Assembly (NCBI GenBank): GCA_040772525.1
Contig: JAXGXZ010000001.1
Span: 884,225-908,224, forward strand
Direction: 5' to 3'
Source: Anaerolineaceae bacterium
GTDB lineage: Bacteria > Chloroflexota > Anaerolineae > Anaerolineales > Anaerolineaceae
Length of the DNA stretch: 24,000 bases
In this document: in pieces, positions 22,086 through 24,000 of the stretch
How the letters are laid out: the number at the start of each line of letters is the position of its first letter
How positions within the stretch are numbered: the first letter of the stretch is position 1
The notes under the pieces: model-generated
Database searches by the model: none
What the model was told of the DNA's origin: nothing
The model's input: only the letters and a program-made list of their open reading frames with translations
Translations under genes and position numbers: made by a program

Positions 22086-24000
22086 ATGTCTTTTGTTCAT
22101 TTGCACGTACATTCTTCATACTCCGTCCTAGATGGTTTTGGCAGCCCGGTAGATCTGGTCAAGCGGGTAAAAGAGTTGGGCATGCCTGCCGTAGCGCTTA
22201 CCGATCATGGCACCATGTTTGGTACCATGGATTTTTATAAGGCAGCACATTCCCACGGGATCAAACCCATCATCGGTCTCGAGACCTACCTCGCGCCTCG
22301 AACACGCTTTGACAAGGATGTCCAGAAAGATAAGCGTTCATTTCACCTGATCCTGCTGGCCGAAAACAACCAGGGCTACAAAAACCTGCTCAAGATCGCT
22401 TCAGTTAGCCAGTTGGAAGGCTTCTATTATCACCCGCGCATCGATAAAGATTTTCTTTCCAACCATTCTGAAGGACTGATCGCTACCTCCGCCTGCATTT
22501 CAGGCGAACTTCCCCGCGCTATTTTGGATAATGATCTCGAGAAAGCGGAGCGCAATCTGGGCTGGTATTTGGAACTGTTTGGCAAAGACCGTTTTTACCT
22601 CGAACTGCAGGACCATGACATGCCGGAGTTGCACCACGTGAACCGCGTGCTGATCGAACTGGCACGCAAAACTGGTGCGCATCTGGTTGCAACCAACGAT
22701 ACACATTATCTGCGCCGCGAAGACGCGGAGCTTCAGGATATTTTACTGGCAGTGCAGACGGGCAAACTGCTCTCTGACAAGAATCGCATGTCCATGGGCG
22801 GAGACACCTACTACCTGCGCTCGCCGGAAGAAATGGCATCCCTTTTCAGGGATGTTCCGGAAGCCATCAGCAACACCCTGCTCATCGCTGAGCGCTGCGA
22901 GGTAGACCTCTCGCGCAAGGGTTATCACCTGCCTAAATTTGATATTCCAGAGGGGAAAAAATCCTCAGAATACTTACGCGAATTGTGTCAGTCCGGAATG
23001 AACAGACGCATTGGGGAGCGTGCCAACTCACCGGAAGTACAGGAACGGCTCAACTTTGAGTTGGACGTGATCCACAAAATGGGTTTTGATGAGTATTTCC
23101 TAATCGTGATGGATCTGTGTCAGCATGCCCGCCAGCAGGGCATCTGGTATAACGTGCGCGGTTCCGGGAATGCCTCCGTGGTGGCATATGGATTAGAAAT
23201 CACCTCTATCTTCCCGCTGGATTACAACCTGCTCTTTGAACGTTTCCTTAACCCGGACCGCATTACCATGCCCGATATTGACCTGGACTTTCAGGATGAC
23301 CGCCGCGCAGACATGATGGATTATTGCAATCAAAAGTATGGTGCCGATAAAGTTGCCCAGATCATCACGTTTGGCACCATGGCTGCACGCGGAGCCATCC
23401 GAGACGTAGGGCGGGTTATGGATATCCCATTGTCGGAAGTGGACCGTGTGGCTAAGTTGGTACCCGCACCTATACAGGGCAAGCAGGTTTCCATCAAGGC
23501 ATCCCTCGAGATGACTCCGGAGCTGAAAGAAGTCTACGATTCTTCAGAACAAATGCGCAAACTCATTGATACTGCCAGCCGTATGGAAGGAGCTATCCGC
23601 AACATCGGCACGCATGCGGCAGGCGTGGTAATCAGCGATGAGCCGCTCACACATTACCTGCCTTTGCACCGACCGACCGGCTCCAATGGGGATCTGCCGA
23701 TCAAATCGGTAACCCAGTTTGAGATGGACGTAATCAATGACCTAGGTCTGCTAAAGGTAGACTTTTTGGGCTTGGTGACACTTACCATCCTGGCACGGGC
23801 ATGCGAATATATCAAAGAACGCCATGGGCGAACTTTTGACCTTGATTCGATCCCCATCGATGATCCGCAGGTTTACAAATTCATCAGCGAAGGACATACC
23901 AGTGGTGTCTTCCAACTGGAAGGCATGGGGATGACACGCTACATTATGCAGATGCAGCCTAAGAATATCCGTCATGTAATAGCCATGGTTGCACTTTTCC
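22086..24000 (+). CDS. dnaE: DNA polymerase III alpha subunit, N-terminal ~638 codons (continues past the window end)
   Basis: Not in the track because there is no stop in the window. It reads MSFVHLHVHSSYSVLDGFGSPVDLVKRVKELGMPAVALTDHGTMFG... (PHP domain) and is still in frame at the window end (...GMTRYIMQMQPKNIRHVIAMVALF). Minus-strand ORFs at 22500-22928 and 23654-23975 are shadows. Confidence 0.95.
   Translation, partial: MSFVHLHVHSSYSVLDGFGSPVDLVKRVKELGMPAVALTDHGTMFGTMDFYKAAHSHGIKPIIGLETYLAPRTRFDKDVQKDKRSFHLILLAENNQGYKNLLKIASVSQLEGFYYHPRIDKDFLSNHSEGLIATSACISGELPRAILDNDLEKAERNLGWYLELFGKDRFYLELQDHDMPELHHVNRVLIELARKTGAHLVATNDTHYLRREDAELQDILLAVQTGKLLSDKNRMSMGGDTYYLRSPEEMASLFRDVPEAISNTLLIAERCEVDLSRKGYHLPKFDIPEGKKSSEYLRELCQSGMNRRIGERANSPEVQERLNFELDVIHKMGFDEYFLIVMDLCQHARQQGIWYNVRGSGNASVVAYGLEITSIFPLDYNLLFERFLNPDRITMPDIDLDFQDDRRADMMDYCNQKYGADKVAQIITFGTMAARGAIRDVGRVMDIPLSEVDRVAKLVPAPIQGKQVSIKASLEMTPELKEVYDSSEQMRKLIDTASRMEGAIRNIGTHAAGVVISDEPLTHYLPLHRPTGSNGDLPIKSVTQFEMDVINDLGLLKVDFLGLVTLTILARACEYIKERHGRTFDLDSIPIDDPQVYKFISEGHTSGVFQLEGMGMTRYIMQMQPKNIRHVIAMVALF

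Overview
This is a bacterial chromosomal window with two compositional regimes. Spot counts of individual 60-nt lines give about 33-45% GC for positions 1 to ~8400 and about 50-67% GC for ~8400 to 24000.

Left part (low GC, accessory-looking):
- A near-complete solute-binding lipoprotein gene on the minus strand.
- A multi-pass membrane GGDEF diguanylate cyclase.
- An internally deleted IS3-family remnant.
- A four-gene cassette: a PAPS-type sulfotransferase, a secreted 529-aa protein built of four tandem modules, a 376-aa cytoplasmic protein of unknown function with a weak arylsulfotransferase-like motif, and an Ig-like lipoprotein.
- An IS graveyard, where an IS200-type tnpA fragment is cut by a decayed IS256-type element.

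Right part (higher GC, core-like):
- A Cas4-like PD-(D/E)xK nuclease with no CRISPR or cas neighbours, encoded as two coupled membrane-anchored ORFs.
- A complete sgc-type galactitol-family PTS operon: DeoR regulator, EIIC, M42 peptidase-like, BtpA/SgcQ, SgcE-type epimerase, EIIA and EIIB. It is expanded by a Zn-dependent polyol(-phosphate)-type dehydrogenase and an SDR.
- A small convergent ORF.
- An NSS-family sodium symporter preceded by a terminator/antiterminator leader.
- An overlapping APH-like kinase / ANT(DUF4111)-like nucleotidyltransferase pair.
- A membrane GT2 glycosyltransferase.
- The 5' two-thirds of dnaE.

No rRNA, tRNA or CRISPR array was found. All product calls rest on motif and architecture recognition by eye, because no database search was possible. 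The items most worth follow-up are the split membrane Cas4-like nuclease, the IS-bracketed sulfation/envelope cassette, the expanded sgc operon and the transporter leader.
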